The notes under the pieces were generated by a model, which was not told the origin of the DNA, ran no database searches, and saw nothing but the letters and a program-made list of their open reading frames with translations. The translations under genes were made by a program, and so were the position numbers. A stretch of DNA of 64,000 nt from the NCBI GenBank assembly GCA_963722505.1, contig CAVRMW010000008.1, forward strand, positions 801,109 through 865,108, read 5' to 3'. Positions 1 to 14,900 of this stretch are shown piece after piece. The number at the start of each line of letters is the position of its first letter. The stretch's first letter is position 1. The DNA comes from an uncultured Cytophagales bacterium. GTDB lineage: Bacteria > Bacteroidota > Bacteroidia > Cytophagales > Spirosomataceae.

Positions 1-2290
1 TTGAACAAGCAGAAGATATTTTTGCGGATCCATTGCAATCAGCGGCTCCGCGCAACTTCAACACCAAAAGAAGAAACTTATTCTTCTGCATTCACTTACA
101 ACTGCTCCAAAAACAGAGACGAAGACATCCGGCAGCGCCCGAAAAAACTTATACAGAGATCTTCGCAGAAAACTTCTTGGTGGCGTTGCAGCTGGTTTGG
201 CGACATTATTTTACAATTGATCCACTTTGGGTAAGGCTTGCGTTTTTATTCGCTGTGATTGGTTTACCAGCCGGTTCAGGTATGTTAGACCTGAATATGG
301 AAGATGAATTTGGTCCGTTATCAGGAATGGTCGTGTTGGTTTATATCGCCATGTGGATCGCATTTCCGGGTTCTACCACTTTGGAAGAAGATACCAAGAT
401 CAAGAAATTTTACCGTAATCCGGATCGCAAAGTAGTCGGTGGTGTAGCTTCCGGTGTTGCTTCTTATTTCGGTGTGGATCTGGGTGTTGTTCGGTTTCTT
501 ATGGGTGCTTTCGATTTTTGTATTTGGTACCGGAGTTTTGATTTACATCGTTTTGTGGATTATTGCGCCTGCGGCCAATACTTTGACAGAAAAAATGGAA
601 ATGCAGGGAGAGCCTATTACGCTTTCCAACATTGAATCGAACATTAAACAAAGTCTGAATTTAAATGATAAAGGCGGCGAAGAAAATCCGGTTACCAAAA
701 TTCTGCTTTTCCCTTTCCGTGCCATTGCTTTAATTATCCAGGCATTGGGGAAGTTATTGAAAGGCCTCGGGCCCGTGCTTAGAATATTGACAGGCGGATT
801 TTTGGTACTTCTTGCCGCAGTTTCATTATTTGGAATTGTAGTCGGCGGAGCGGTTGTCATGGGTTTTGCCAATGTTGATACTTTCGACGGGATGCCGGTT
901 CCTTTTCGGATTTTCCAGGAATTACCATCAAGTCTGATTTTATCCGGACTTCTGGTTTCCGCAGTTCCTTTGATTACTTTTCTTTTGTTAGGTTTAACAC
1001 TTTTATCAAATAAGAAAATTGTAAGCGGTTCAGTTTGGCTGACTTTATTAGGTCTTTGGATTGTGGGAATTATCGTTGCAACCGTTCAGGGAGTTGCTTA
1101 CCAGCAGAATTTTGCCAAACGAGGAGAATTTACATCATCTGAATATTATGCGATTCCGGCAGGAACACTTACGCTAGACGAACAGGATAATGACGAAGAT
1201 GAAAGTATCGATGTAGATATCAGACTTGCAGGTTACAATGGCGGCGACAGTCTTAAACTTGATAAGAAAATGACATCAAGAGGCCGTACAAGACATTGAT
1301 GCAGGAAAAATTGCTTCTGAATTAAAGTACAATGTAACGGTTAAAGATTCAGTATTTACCTTCCCGGAAGGACCAACATTAGGAACAACGGGTCGATTCA
1401 GAAATCAGCAAATTGATCTGACACTTGAACATTCCTTACGACAAACCTTTTATCATTTCAAGATCAATCTGGTATTCCATTTCTCATTATTATAGCGGTA
1501 ATCATCATTTAGATACGTACGATTTGGGTGATGATGATGTAAACTGGAACAATCTGCGCTGGACGATCCGTCGCGATTCAGGATTGGTTTGTACTCAATA
1601 TTCCCGCAAAATATGTCCGCGAAGATGATAACGATCATGATAACAACGACAACGAAAGTTACTCCGTCGATGACGACGATGATGATTTCAGCTTGGGTGA
1701 TCGTGGAAATTATATCAAACAATTCCCGGTTAAAGATTTCAAAAAGATAAGTATCGGTGGCGCTTATGCGATCAGTATCAAACAGGGAGCTGAGTTTAAT
1801 GTTTCAGCAGATGGTGACGAAAAAGACGTAGATGATTTGAAAATATACGAAGAAGATGGTGTTCTTAAAGTTAAAGGCAACTGCTGGTTTTAGTCTTTTT
1901 GGAAACGACGGAAGAAGAGTTGGTATCGTGATCACCATGCCAACAGTTGAAGGAAGTTTCTATTGTCAGGTGCCAACAAAGCCAAAATTTCAGGATTTAA
2001 AGGTCTTTCGAAACTTAGTGTAGATTTGACCGGCGCTTCTAAAACAGATATTGATGTTGAAACAAATGAATTGACGGTTGAACTTACCGGCGCTTCAAAA
2101 GCTACATTAAAAGGTTCTGCAACCACAGCTAACTTTGATCTGACAGGAGCTTGTAAACTGATAAGCACAGGAATGAATATCCAGAATGCAGATGTATCGG
2201 CAACAGGCGCATCAAAAGCAGATCTAGGACATATTCCGAATTTGAAAAAAGATGCTAACGGGTGTAAGTAAAATAGAATCTCAGGAATAA
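1..2290 (+). CDS. PspC-domain membrane protein fused to C-terminal head-GIN (DUF2807) domain; 5' truncated by window, frameshifted
   Basis: PspC repeats (YRDLRRKLLGGVAAG across frames; FYRNPDRKVVGGVASGVASYFG), TM region in ORF 454-1299, and LSGA/LTGAS repeats of DUF2807 in 1693-2271. Pieces lie in different frames; probable stop TAA 2288-2290. Confidence 0.8.
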
Positions 2291-2366
2291 TTTAAATAGT
2301 GATGCAACCTATTTTATTGATTTGACATCCATTGCATCGTAATCAAAACCTAAAAAGAAATTAGAC

Positions 2367-3051
2367 ATGAAAAAATTACTTTTATTCGGCCTGTTCTGTT
2401 TGTTGTCAGCGAGCGTTTTCGCTCAGGAAAGCCGTACATTCCATGTTTCCGATTTTAGCAAACTTTCCATGGGAAGTGCTTTTAAAATTGATGTAAAACA
2501 AGGAAAACAATATAGTCTGACAGCTTCCGGTGAAAGCGACGATGTAAAAGATCTGGAAGCAAAAGTTGTTTCCGGCGTTTTGAAAGTTGGATACAAAAGA
2601 TAATAGCTGGAATAAACGTCGTAAAACAGTTAACATCAATATTGTAATGCCTGCGTTGGACGGAGTGGATTTTTCGGGGGCTTCGAAAGTAGTTGTTAAT
2701 AAATTTGTAGGTACAAAATCGATGGCGATCGAAGTTTCGGGAGCTTCTCAGGTAACGATGGATTTTTCTGCACCAAAAGTTACTTTTGAACTTTCAGGAG
2801 CGTCTTCGTTGGCAATTACAGGTCAGGGTGATGTTTTGCATGGTGAAGTTTCAGGTGCTTCTTCTTTCAAAGGACAAAGTTTTCCTGCAAAAGAAGTGAA
2901 TATCGACGCTTCGGGAGCTAGCAATGCACATGTTGTGGCGAGTACAACTGTTCATGCAGATGCAAGCGGTGCCAGCAGTATCCGTTATGCAGGAGATGCA
3001 AAGGATATTCATTCCAATACTTCGGGTGCCAGTTCTGTGAAAAGAGAGTAA
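2367..3051 (+). CDS. Secreted head-GIN domain (DUF2807) protein, one frameshift near 2590
   Basis: Signal peptide MKKLLLFGLFCLLSASVFA, repeated SGAS motifs; ORFs 2367-2603 + 2587-3051. Confidence 0.85.
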
Positions 3052-3073
3052 AGATTTTTGTGACAAAATATTT

Positions 3074-3106
3074 AAATAAGCCGGCATTGTCCGGCTTATT
3101 TTGTTT
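3074..3106 (+). terminator. Intrinsic terminator
   Basis: aaataagccgg-cattgt-ccggcttattt hairpin followed by T-rich tail. Confidence 0.75.
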
Positions 3107-3218
3107 TAGAACGAATTACAAATTTACTTACGAACTAATTTGATGGGTAATATATTTAGGGACATTGTTAACTTAGCACCCGGTTATTAAATTTTGTTGA
3201 TCCGTTTGACAGTATCGC

Positions 3219-4053
3219 ATGAAACGCACATTTGCCAGTTTTATATTATTATTTTTCTCGCTTTTTTTAGTTGAACCTGTAAAGTCCCAATCCACGGTCA
3301 GTGAACGGTATTTACATCCTTTTGGCGTTTTTAGTTTGACAGGCGGCGTAGGCATTGCTTATTATCAGGGCGATTTACGAACGAGTGTCAATAAACACCT
3401 TGGATTAGGTCCGTCTGTTTCGGTAGGCGCACTTATACCGGTTATCAGAACATTTCAGCGCGAGAGGTGAAGTAAGATTTTACCAGGTTTCTGCTGATCA
3501 GAAATATGATCCGAATTATATCCAGAATCTTTCTTTTAAAACTACAAATCCGGATATAAATATTGGAATTCAGGCGGATATGTTTGCTTACAATAGACAC
3601 AAGAAAACCAATCCATATCTTCTTGGAGGAGTAGGCGTGACTTATATGACACCAACGGCCGTGCTCGATGGAAAGCGTGGAAGTTTGGCTCCTTTGCATA
3701 CAGAAGGTGTTAAATACAATCGTTTACCGCTGGTTTTTATGGCAGGTATTGGTATTTCAACCAAAGTTTCAGACCGATGGAGTGTTGGCCTGGAATTGTG
3801 TAATAACTTCGTAAATTCAGATTATCTGGATGATGTAAGTACTGTTTATCCCGATCCGGCTACTTTGTCAAGTGATATAGCGCGTCGGCTTTCTGACCGT
3901 TCTTCGGAAATTGGACAGCCGCCACAACAGCCCGGATGGCATAGAGGTAGTCCAAAACGTAAGGATAGATATCTTTTCTTTCAATTTCGTGCCAGTTATT
4001 TAATAGGAACAAGAAAAGAAGCACATGAGCGCAAAGCAGTTCGCTGCCCATAG
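3219..4053 (+). CDS. DUF6089/PorG-like outer-membrane beta-barrel protein, frameshifted
   Basis: Signal peptide, YYQGDL, NPY..GGVG, TEG..Y, SDYLDDVS, RG.PK.KD.Y motifs; ORFs 3219-3470 and 3580-4053. Confidence 0.7.
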
Positions 4054-4095
4054 CGGCTCACTTCCAACCCCAAAAGTTAAAAAGAATCAGCCCCA

Positions 4096-4626
4096 ATGTT
4101 AAAATCGAAAACCCCGCAGCAGTCGGAAGTTACCATGACGGAAATGGTATTGCCCAATGATACCAATACGCTCAACAATCTGATGGGAGGCCGGTTGCTT
4201 CACTGGATGGATATTTGCGCCGCGATTTCTGCACAAAAACATTCAAACCGCATTGTGGTAACGGCTTCTGTGGATAATGTTTCTTTTACTGAACCGATCC
4301 GTTTGGGAAATATTGTCACGATGCACGCCAGAGTAACCCGTGCTTTTAATTCTTCCATGGAAGTTTTTCTGGAAGTTTGGGCCGAAGATATTCCTGCCGG
4401 AATTCGCGTTAGTACCAACCGTGCTTTTTACACTTTTGTCGCCGTTGATCAAAATGGACGGCCTATTGAAGTCCCGCCGCTTTTGCCCGAAACGCCGGCT
4501 GATGAAGAATTGTTTGTAAGCGCACTCCGTCGCCGTCAATTACGACTGGTTTTGGCTGGCCGTATGAAACCTTCCGAGGCAGTGGAATTAAAAGCATTAT
4601 TTGAAATCAAAGAAGAAAAAGCATAA
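4096..4626 (+). CDS. Acyl-CoA thioesterase (hotdog fold, YciA-like)
   Basis: MVLPNDTN..LMGG.LL.WMD, VVTASVD, SSMEV motifs; intact ORF. Confidence 0.92.
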   Translation: MLKSKTPQQSEVTMTEMVLPNDTNTLNNLMGGRLLHWMDICAAISAQKHSNRIVVTASVDNVSFTEPIRLGNIVTMHARVTRAFNSSMEVFLEVWAEDIPAGIRVSTNRAFYTFVAVDQNGRPIEVPPLLPETPADEELFVSALRRRQLRLVLAGRMKPSEAVELKALFEIKEEKA

Positions 4627-4756
4627 CCCATCTTTTTTTGGTAATTTTGCCAATTGTCAAGCAACCATTTAGTGGTGAAAAGTCGTTCAGATTAATATCT
4701 GCTTGTCTTGCTTAATAATCTTATTCAATTTTAAAACGCTCTCATTCAATAGAAAT

Positions 4757-5127
4757 ATGCCAAAAGAGATCATTTTTTCTGAAAAAGCACCGGCTCCGAT
4801 CGGACCTTACAGCCAGGCTGTTAAAGTAAATAATACGTTATATGTTTCCGGACAAATTGCTTTTGAAGCTTCCCAATTGGGAAATATCAAAATTGAAGCC
4901 GGCGTCGTGATGGAAAATATCGGTCATATTCTGAAAGCAGCTGGCTTTGGTTTTGAGAATGTCGTGAAATCAAGCATCTTTCTGAAAGATATGAATGATT
5001 TTGCAGTCGTGAATGAAGTTTACGGCAGTTTTTTACCAACGAACCACCAGCACGTGAAACAGTTCAGGTAGCACGTTTGCCAAAGGATGTGAATGTGGAA
5101 ATTTCGGTGATTGCGGTGGAATTGTAA
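4757..5127 (+). CDS. ridA: RidA/YjgF family enamine-imine deaminase, frameshift near 5030
   Basis: APAPIGPYSQAV, LYVSGQI, DMNDFA.VN.VY; C-terminus PARETVQVARLPKDVNVEISVIA continues in another frame to TAA 5125-5127. Confidence 0.88.
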
Positions 5128-5239
5128 GTCAGGGAATTGTCAGGAAGTGGTCAGGAATTGTCAAGGGTTGTCAGTAAATAGTCAGGGGTTGTTAACAACA
5201 AATGACAATCTCTGACAACAAATGACCACTCTCCTGACA
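5128..5239. repeat. Degenerate ~10-bp GTCAGG repeats followed by inverted TGAC copies (imperfect palindrome)
   Basis: gtcagggaatt gtcaggaagtg gtcaggaatt gtcaagggtt gtcagtaaata gtcaggggtt ... aatgacaatc tctgacaac aaatgaccac tcctgac. Confidence 0.7.
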
Positions 5240-5267
5240 GAATATATTTTAATGTTGAAATAAGTAA

Positions 5268-6826
<1,559 letters not shown>

Positions 6827-6959
6827 TCCTAATATGAACCGTTCGATCAATTTCATTGTCATTGAAAGTTTGATAGTATAATTTCGTAACAGTAATTTAT
6901 TTACTGGCCTGTCGGCAAAAGCGGTCGCCACTGCCAAGGCCGTTAGCCGATTAAACACT

Positions 6960-7268
6960 ATGGCTAAGAAAAAACAACCTGATGCCGCAAAGCCTGCTAA
7001 CGAAAAACCGCGCGTGCACAAAGATCTGGATGGTTTTGATATTCAGATTAATTCATTTGGTGAAATAACGACCAGTTTTGATATGGATCGTATCAATGCA
7101 TTTTTGAATAAAAATGTGGATGACAAAAAACTTCGCGACCGGGAAGATATTCCGGGCAGAAAAACGAAGAAAGTAAAAGCTAAAAAAACGAGAGGAAGAA
7201 GAGGAGGAGGAATAGTAGAAGTGCTGTTATTGCAGGTGAACTTGCGTGATTTTACTACAAACATATAA
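6960..7268 (+). CDS. Small conserved hypothetical protein; true end probably ~7215 with an acidic tail
   Basis: KPRVHKDLDGFDIQINSFGEI..DKKL; GAG/GAA run before TAG 7213-7215 suggests a frameshift. Confidence 0.6.
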   Translation: MAKKKQPDAAKPANEKPRVHKDLDGFDIQINSFGEITTSFDMDRINAFLNKNVDDKKLRDREDIPGRKTKKVKAKKTRGRRGGGIVEVLLLQVNLRDFTTNI

Positions 7269-7283
7269 ACTTCAAAAGCTAAA

Positions 7284-8063
7284 ATGATCTCACACGAAAT
7301 TGATTACAAGATTATCGGCGACGATATCCAAATCGTGGAAATAGAACTCGATCCTAATGAAACGGTGATTGCCGAAGCCGGTGCTATGCTTTTTATGGAA
7401 GATGGTATTCAGTTTGAAACCAAAATGGGTGACGGATCTGAGGCCAATCAAAGTATTATGGGTAAGATTTTTCAGGCAGGAACACGGGTGATCACGGGTG
7501 AATCGCTTTTCATGACGCACTTTACAAACCGTGGTGTCGGAAAAAGAAAAGTTGCTTTTTCTGCTCCATATCCGGGAACAATTATGCCGATTGATCTGTC
7601 AAAAATTTACGGTAACGAACTGATCGTTCAGAAAGACGGATTTCTTTGCGCAGCTTTGGGAACGAGTATGAAAATTCACTTCAACCAGCGTTTCGGATCA
7701 GGTCTTTTTGGTGGTGAAGGATTTATTCTTCAAAAACTGAAAGGTGACGGAATGGCCTTTGTTCATGCAGGTGGCGTAGTAATAGAACGTCAGCTTAATA
7801 ATGAAACATTGCGAATTGATACAGGTTGCGTTGTTGCTTTTGAACAATCACTGAGCTTTGATATCCAGCGTTCAGGTGGTTTGAAATCGATGGTTTTTGG
7901 TGGTGAAGGAATGTTTTTGGCAACACTTCGCGGAACCGGCCGTGTCTGGATTCAGTCTATGCCAATTTCTAAACTGATTCAGAGATTATCTGTTGGCGGA
8001 CCTAATGCCAGAAAAGAAAGTGGTTCGGTAATTGGTGGATTGGGAAGTTTGTTTGAAGATTAA
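7284..8063 (+). CDS. TIGR00266 / AIM24 family protein
   Basis: [41 protein letters not shown]; intact ORF. Confidence 0.92.
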   Translation: MISHEIDYKIIGDDIQIVEIELDPNETVIAEAGAMLFMEDGIQFETKMGDGSEANQSIMGKIFQAGTRVITGESLFMTHFTNRGVGKRKVAFSAPYPGTIMPIDLSKIYGNELIVQKDGFLCAALGTSMKIHFNQRFGSGLFGGEGFILQKLKGDGMAFVHAGGVVIERQLNNETLRIDTGCVVAFEQSLSFDIQRSGGLKSMVFGGEGMFLATLRGTGRVWIQSMPISKLIQRLSVGGPNARKESGSVIGGLGSLFED

Positions 8064-8083
8064 TAAGGTTCAGTTCATATAGT

Positions 8084-8120
8084 AAAAAGGTAAGTGCTTC
8101 GGCGCTTACCTTTTTTTGTT
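8084..8120. terminator. Bidirectional intrinsic terminator between convergent genes
   Basis: aaaaaggtaagtgc-ttcg-gcgcttaccttttttt. Confidence 0.85.
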
Positions 8121-10159
8121 TCAATGAAAAACTACACTTTGTGTACTCACACCTGATTTACTGACAATTTTTAAAATATAATTTCCGGTTGGTAAGCTAT
8201 GAACAGGACGTAATGACAAAAGTCCGATAATCTCACTATCGGAAACTAATCATGGGATGTTCTCGACCGCGGATATCAAAAATGGAACATTGAATATCCG
8301 GTTTCCATGACATCAGGTCTTAAATAGAATTGCTGTTTTGTTACCGGATTTGGGAAAACAACAAAGTTTGGTGGCGTACCTTCTTTTAGAACGGCCAAAA
8401 CGGTTGAATAGGAAATTTCTCCATTTGTACCTTCTCCTTTTACTCTGTAATAGAAACTTTCATTAGTTATCTTATTGTCAGTATAACTGTAAATGTGTGA
8501 ATGCAGTTGATTATCCAGTGCATCAAAACCAGCCAGATCCGAATAGTTTTCTCCATCAACAGTTTTTTGAAGAACCATCTTTTTTAGAGATGGATTTGCT
8601 GCTACATGCCAGGATATGATAAAGCTATTATCCACCTTTCTGGCAGAAATAGTATTGATAAATTCGATTTTGGTATACGTTTTACTTACCAAAAATGAAC
8701 CGGAAATACTTCCGGTCAGGATAGGATTTACTGCTGACAATCTTATTCCATAACGTCCATCCAAAATATCGGTTGGTATTTGAATGTTTGCCAGATTTCC
8801 GCTTCCGGTACCAATCAGCCGGACGAATTTTCCTATTTCATCCAGTAATTCGACCTGAACCGAGTAATTCGTATTGGCAGAGCCGGTAATGTTATAGGGT
8901 AAAGTAAATGTGGCTCCGGGAAAAACTTTTGAAGGAACCAGTCCGGTATGTATTGCAAGTTTGGGTTGAAGCGGAGTTATTGTTTTGAATAAAGAATCAG
9001 TAAGAATCCGGTTCCAGGCAGTGGCTGCCAGCGTTAATCCCTGAATGCCGCCGGAAATGTTTTCAAAATGACCATTCGTGGGACGGGGAATTTGTATGGT
9101 ATCAAGATCAGGTCCGGCGTAGGAATTGAAATTTTTTATGTACAGCCAATCTGTTTTGTGCATTTATTACCGGCGCGTACGGTTTTGGCAAAGTAAAACT
9201 GGCGGAATTTCTGGCAATGATCCAGGAAGCCGGATACCCGGAATCTCGTCTGCTATTCTCAATCAGCGTTTTTATGTTGTTGAAATAATTTTCTTCCGTA
9301 AAATTAAGCTGCGCATCGTTTTCACCATGCGACCATAAAACAGCTCTCAGTCCAAGTGATGAATTAAAATAACGAATCGTGTTGACAATATTGGTATAAG
9401 GTTGCCGGTTTGGCCAGTATTTTCCAACGTAAATATTAAAAGCATCTTTTCCCATGAGCACCATCCCGATAGTTTTCTGAATTGGCGGCGGCCCAGGCTG
9501 CATTTAAAAATAAAACCGGTGTATTCATTTTTCTGGAAATCATATCGCCCAGTTCACCCCAATACCAGGAAGTTTCTCCGGAAGGGAAAATATTGCTTTT
9601 GGCAGCTATCGGACTATATTCAGGTATTTGCATCGGTTCGTCCGGCGCAACGGTTATATTTTCTGAGTTCAGCGTTTTATTAACTGCATTAAAAGAAATA
9701 ACCTGATCAGAAGCATCTTTTGCTCCAAGATCTGGTAAGCCCATGGCATTGGAATTTCCGGCAACCAGGAAAACTTCGCCAATTCCAACACGTGAAATAC
9801 TGGTGGAATCAACAATTCCCTTGTCACCATATCCGGTTATTTCCAGTCGATACCAGCCGGTTTCAGCCTGCAAAGTTGTATATAAAAAGCCTTGTTTTAT
9901 TTGATCCGGAGTAAAAGAAAATTCTTTTCCTGTATGAATATTATTTTGATCAGGAATAAGTCGGGCTTCGAATCCGGGAATATGGAAAGTGTGCGAAAGC
10001 GGTTATAGCAACACTGGCAAAGCCATTTTCATCACGTTGGAATATCTGATTATTAACCGGATTTGAAATAATTAGCTGTGCATATGAAGTTGATAGCCAA
10101 TGAGTTAATAGTATTTCAATGACAATGAAAAGGTGAATTTGGTAATTTTTTATTCCCAT
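8121..10159 (-). CDS. Sialate O-acetylesterase-like (SASA/SGNH) protein with T9SS C-terminal sorting domain, frameshifted
   Basis: IFQRD, GIGEVFLVAGNSN, AVLWSHGE.D, C-terminal VFPNPV; ORFs 9950-10234, 9436-9873, 9108-9503, 8276-9163; stop TGA at 8121-8123. Confidence 0.75.
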
Positions 10160-10232
10160 CCTGTTTTTATTAGGCTCTGAATTTAAACGTAATTTGATCG
10201 AAAAGGAATATTTCAAACATGTAATCTTAATC

Positions 10233-10271
10233 AAAAAAGCCAGCCCCGGCTTTACGCTTGTGGGACTGGCT
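10233..10271 (-). terminator. Intrinsic terminator after susD
   Basis: agccagtccc...ggggctggct followed by T6 on the minus strand. Confidence 0.6.
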
Positions 10272-10296
10272 CAATTTAATCAGCAATATTTAAGAA

Positions 10297-11877
10297 TCAA
10301 TACCCAGGATTCTGAGGAGTCAGATTTGGGTTGTTTTTCATTTCCTGAATTCCTAATGGGAACAAAAGATGTTTTGCTTGCAACGCAACACCAGAACCAA
10401 CGTTCAGGTTAAGGTGACCAACAAACGGATCAAATCCTTTTGTTTTTTCATTGAACACTTTACGCAAACGAACCATATCAAACCAGGTAATTCCTTCGTA
10501 AGCGAATTCATACCAACGTTCTCTCAAAACGGCGTCACGGAAAGATGACTGGTGAAAGTTCCGAAACCAGGTGTTGTCAATTTAGAACGGTCATGCACTT
10601 TTTTGTAAGCATCATATGCTTCCTGCGTTGGTGCACCCAATTCATTTTGTGCTTCTGCGAAGATCAAAAGAACTTCTGCATAACGAATCAACGGAACGTT
10701 CAGGTTGTTGTTACGAGTACCTGGAACACCCTGCGTACCATTAGCAGTCTGGTTGAAATGTTTGAAAACATAAGGAGCACCCAAGATCAAATTTAGCACC
10801 ATCACCATTTGTGAAGTAAGTAGTGTAAAACCAGCCTTCCTGATCAACCGTACGAAGATCTCCTGTTTCGTAAGAAGCATAGAAAGAACGTGTTGGAACA
10901 GTACTTCCCGTTCCTCCCGGACCTGAATAAGTCACAGGTTTGAAGTTCGGATAATAATCACCAAGTGGATTACCAGCAACCGCAATGTTGTACTGAATCA
11001 TAAAGATATGTTCAACACGGTTTTTAAGATTTTCCTGATGAACTTCCTTATACGTGTTAAACAGATTAAGTGTCAGTCGGATTCGCTTTTGAATAATTGA
11101 TTACTTCAAGTGCTTTGTCAGCAGCAAGTTTGTAATGCGTAGCACCTTTGCTCAGCGGGAAACCAGCCATTGTCAAATATACTTTCGACAATAAGGATTT
11201 AGCAGCAATTTGCGTAGCACGACCATTCGTTTCTGTTACAGGCAAACCAGCAGCTTCAGCAGCAAGCAAATCTTCAACGATAAGCTTGTAAACTTCTTCC
11301 TGCGGTGCACGTGATGGAAGGAAATCTGTCGAGTTAGCTGTTTGAGGTGTCGTGATCAAAGGAATATCACCCCAAAGTCTTACCGCATAGAAATATGCCC
11401 AGGCACGAAGGAAACGAGCTTCTCCAATCAATTTTGTTTTCTGAGCATCTGTTGCCGGAGCCAGGAAATGGAATTGTTGGGATTTTATCCAAAGCAAGGT
11501 TTGCATTTGCAATAATTCTGTACAAACCATTATACCAGTTGTTGATATGCGCCGTGTTACCGTCATAAGTCAGACGAGTAAAGGTTGTTTAAATCTGAAT
11601 TCTGACCTGTTTCCGTTGTTGCAGTTCCTGTTACAGCTTCAAGCATTTGCCAGTTTGCAGAGAAAATACCTGCTCCGTCACCATAAAAACGAAGTCCTGC
11701 ATAAGTTGCAGCAACAGCTGCTTCTGCGTGATCAGGTATGGTGTAAAAACTTTCCGGCGTCAGGTTAGATGGATCCTGTTCGTCAAGGAAGTCTGAGCAG
11801 CTCGTTGGGCCAAGTAAAATGGATCCGCAGAGAAGTATCTTGGCTACATTTTTTAAATTATATAACTTCATAATCAA
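10297..11877 (-). CDS. RagB/SusD family lipoprotein, frameshifted
   Basis: Lipobox TSC.DFLDE, GEARFLRA..YF, IRYAEVLL..AEA, ER..EFA.EG..WFD..R, QNPGY C-terminus. Confidence 0.92.
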
Positions 11878-11905
11878 TGTTTTTTAGGATAAATTAATTG
11901 GCCAA

Positions 11906-14900
11906 TTAAAATGCGATCTGTAAACCTGCCATGTAAGTAGTTGGTTTTGGATAGCCGTGCCAGATCATACCTTGTGAGAATACATTGCTGTTCTGATCTC
12001 CGTTTGTTGGTGTAACTTCCGGATCACCATGTGGGTACTTAGTCAGCAAGAAGAAGTTCTGAGCAGAAACATAAACTCTTAGTTTGCTCAAGTTTAAGTT
12101 TGCTGATCACATCTGATGGGAAGTTGTAACCTAACAAAAGGTTTCTTCCACGAAGGAATGATCCGTCAAAAATCCAGTGAGAATCTACGTTTGTTACATA
12201 ACCTGCTCTTGTTTCACGAATCTGAGCAACCGGTGTATTCTGGTTTGTAGGAGTCCATGCATCCAATACAGTAGTGTAGCTGTTTGCGATAGAAACGCGG
12301 TCTTCACTTGGGTGTAGCGTCATATCCAAAACATCGTTACCATAAGAATATGCAACATCAAATGTCAAATCAAAGCTTTTGTAACGAACTGTGTTGGAAA
12401 ATGTACCCCAGCGCTTTTGGGCTACCATTACCGATAATTGTACGGTCAGCATCTGTAATGGCTCCGTCACCGTTGATATCTTTGTATTTAATATCACCAG
12501 GAAGCATTGTAAGGTTGTTACGGTAGCTGGTGAATTTAGCAGCCTCGATCTCTTTCAGCTTCGCTCCATGTTCCTAGACGTGTCAAGTCCCCAGAATGAT
12601 CCAACTGGCTCGTCCGATACGGATAATACCTGTCTGGTTTGTAAAGTTAGGACCACCCACTCCGAAGATATCCGAAGGTGTTGCCAATGAAAGTACTTTG
12701 TTTCTGTTCAAAGAAATATTGAAACTTGTATTCCAGGTGAAGTCACCTCTTTCGATGTTGGTTGTGTTCAAAGTAAATTCAAACCCTTTGTTCTGCATAG
12801 AACCGATGTTCTTTCTGATTACAGCATAACCGCTTGAACGTGGTACCGGTGCATCCAAAAGCATGTCAGTTGTTTTTCTGTAATAGTAATCTGCTTCTAC
12901 CGAAATTCTTCCTTTCAGGAAACTGATTTCAAGACCTGCATCAGTTTGTGCTGTTTTTTCCCATTTCAAATCAGGGTTAGCCAAACGGTTGATACCTGTT
13001 CCGCTTACTTTCGTATCGTTGTAGATCGTTGCATAAGTTGAGCTCAACAGATGACAAAGATGAATACGGAGGAATTTCAGAGTTACCAGTCAAACCGTAA
13101 CTTGTACGAACTTTCAGGTTAGAGATCACTGAATTTCCTTTCAGGAATTCTTCGTCAGACACTTTCCATGCCAAGGCAGCAGAAGGGAAAAATGCGAATT
13201 TGTGGTTTTCTCCAAATTTAGAAGATCCATCCGCACGTCCTGTAAATGTAACCAGATATTTGTCAAGCAAGGTATAGTTAACACGACCGAAGTAAGAGTT
13301 AAATGCAAAGCTTGAGCACCTGAAGCTAACACCAGGAAGCGTAGCACCAGCACCAAGGTTATCAAATCCAAAATAATCCGTTGAGAAGTTACGAACGCTT
13401 GCTCCCGTTGTTGTGATATTTGTTTTCTGCCATGAAATACCGGCAAGTGCGTTGATTGCGTGGATACCAAATGACTTGTTGTAAGTCAGATAGTTTTCCC
13501 ATGACCAGAACGTTTCTTTTCTTGCGTCTTTGCTGGCAGTACCAAATTCAGAAATAGCCAAAGTACGTGTCTGAGACTGGTTAACTTCCTGGTTCACCAC
13601 GTTGATACCCAATACTGAACGTAGTTCCAAACCTTTGGCAAGTGTAAGATTTCCATACAAGCTACCCAATGTAGTAGCAGTATTTACGATATATTTACGA
13701 CCTTTCAATCTGTGGATTGAACTGAAAGAACCTTCTGCCTGTGGATAATCACGGTTGTTAGCATAAGTTCCGTCAGGATATCTTACAGGAAGGAAAGGAA
13801 AATCTTCAACCATTTGACGCGGAACAGCATCGTTGATATCGACAAGGTTTTCACTCTGGTTGTTATAACTCAAAGTAGCTCCGATTTTCAACCATTTTTT
13901 AACCTGGTCATCAATGCTGAAACGAGTTGAATAACGTTTCAAATAAGATTCTTTCAATAAACCCTGATCATCACGGTAGCCAAGTGACAAAGCGTAAGTT
14001 GTTTTTTCATTTCCACCGCTAAAACCTAACTGATGGTTTTGAGAAATTTTATTCTGAGTTGCTTCTTTGAACCAGTCAGTATCGTAGTTTGGTTTGTAAC
14101 TTCCGTCCGGAGCAAGTGTAAATACATCAGGATGTTGCGCAGAGAAAGCTTTTCTACGTGTCTGAGGATTCAGGTTTGCATATTTTCCGGAAGCCCATCC
14201 AGCCGGGTCAAATTTTTCGATGTTTTTGTAAGCAAGATCTTCAACATCAAGATATTGCTGAGCATTCAATACATGCGGTCTTTTTGGGCCGATTGTCGGA
14301 ACGCTGATATCAACATTGTAAGTAATAACGCCTTCACCTGATCTTCCTTTTTTAGTTTGAACAAGGATTACACCATTTGCACCTCTTGCTCCATAAATCG
14401 CAGTAGAAGATGCATCTTTCAATACTTCAACCGAAACGATATCATTCGGGTTGATATAGTCAATCGCAGAACTGTACTGATTTTGTGTTCCTTGTGGAAG
14501 CATTACTCCATCAACAACATATAACGGGTTGTTTGATGAGTTGATAGAACTGAAACCACGGATACGGATATTGCTTCTTCCACCCGGACGTCCTGAGTTT
14601 ACGTTAACCTGAACCCCTGAAACTTTACCCTGTAAAGCCTGGTTTAGAGAAGGAGAAGGTCTTTCTTTCAAGTTGATCTTCTTTTACAGAACCAACAGAA
14701 CCTGTTAAATCGGATTTTTTGGCAGTACCATAACCGATAACAACCACTTCACTCAAGTGCTTTTGTATCTGATTCAATGGCAACATCAACTGTAGAACGG
14801 TTGCCTACGATAATTTCCTGACTTACGTAACCTACAAAACTGAATACCAGCGTAGCGCCGCTTTCAGGTACAGAAAGTGTGTAAGCTCCTGTTGCGTCTG

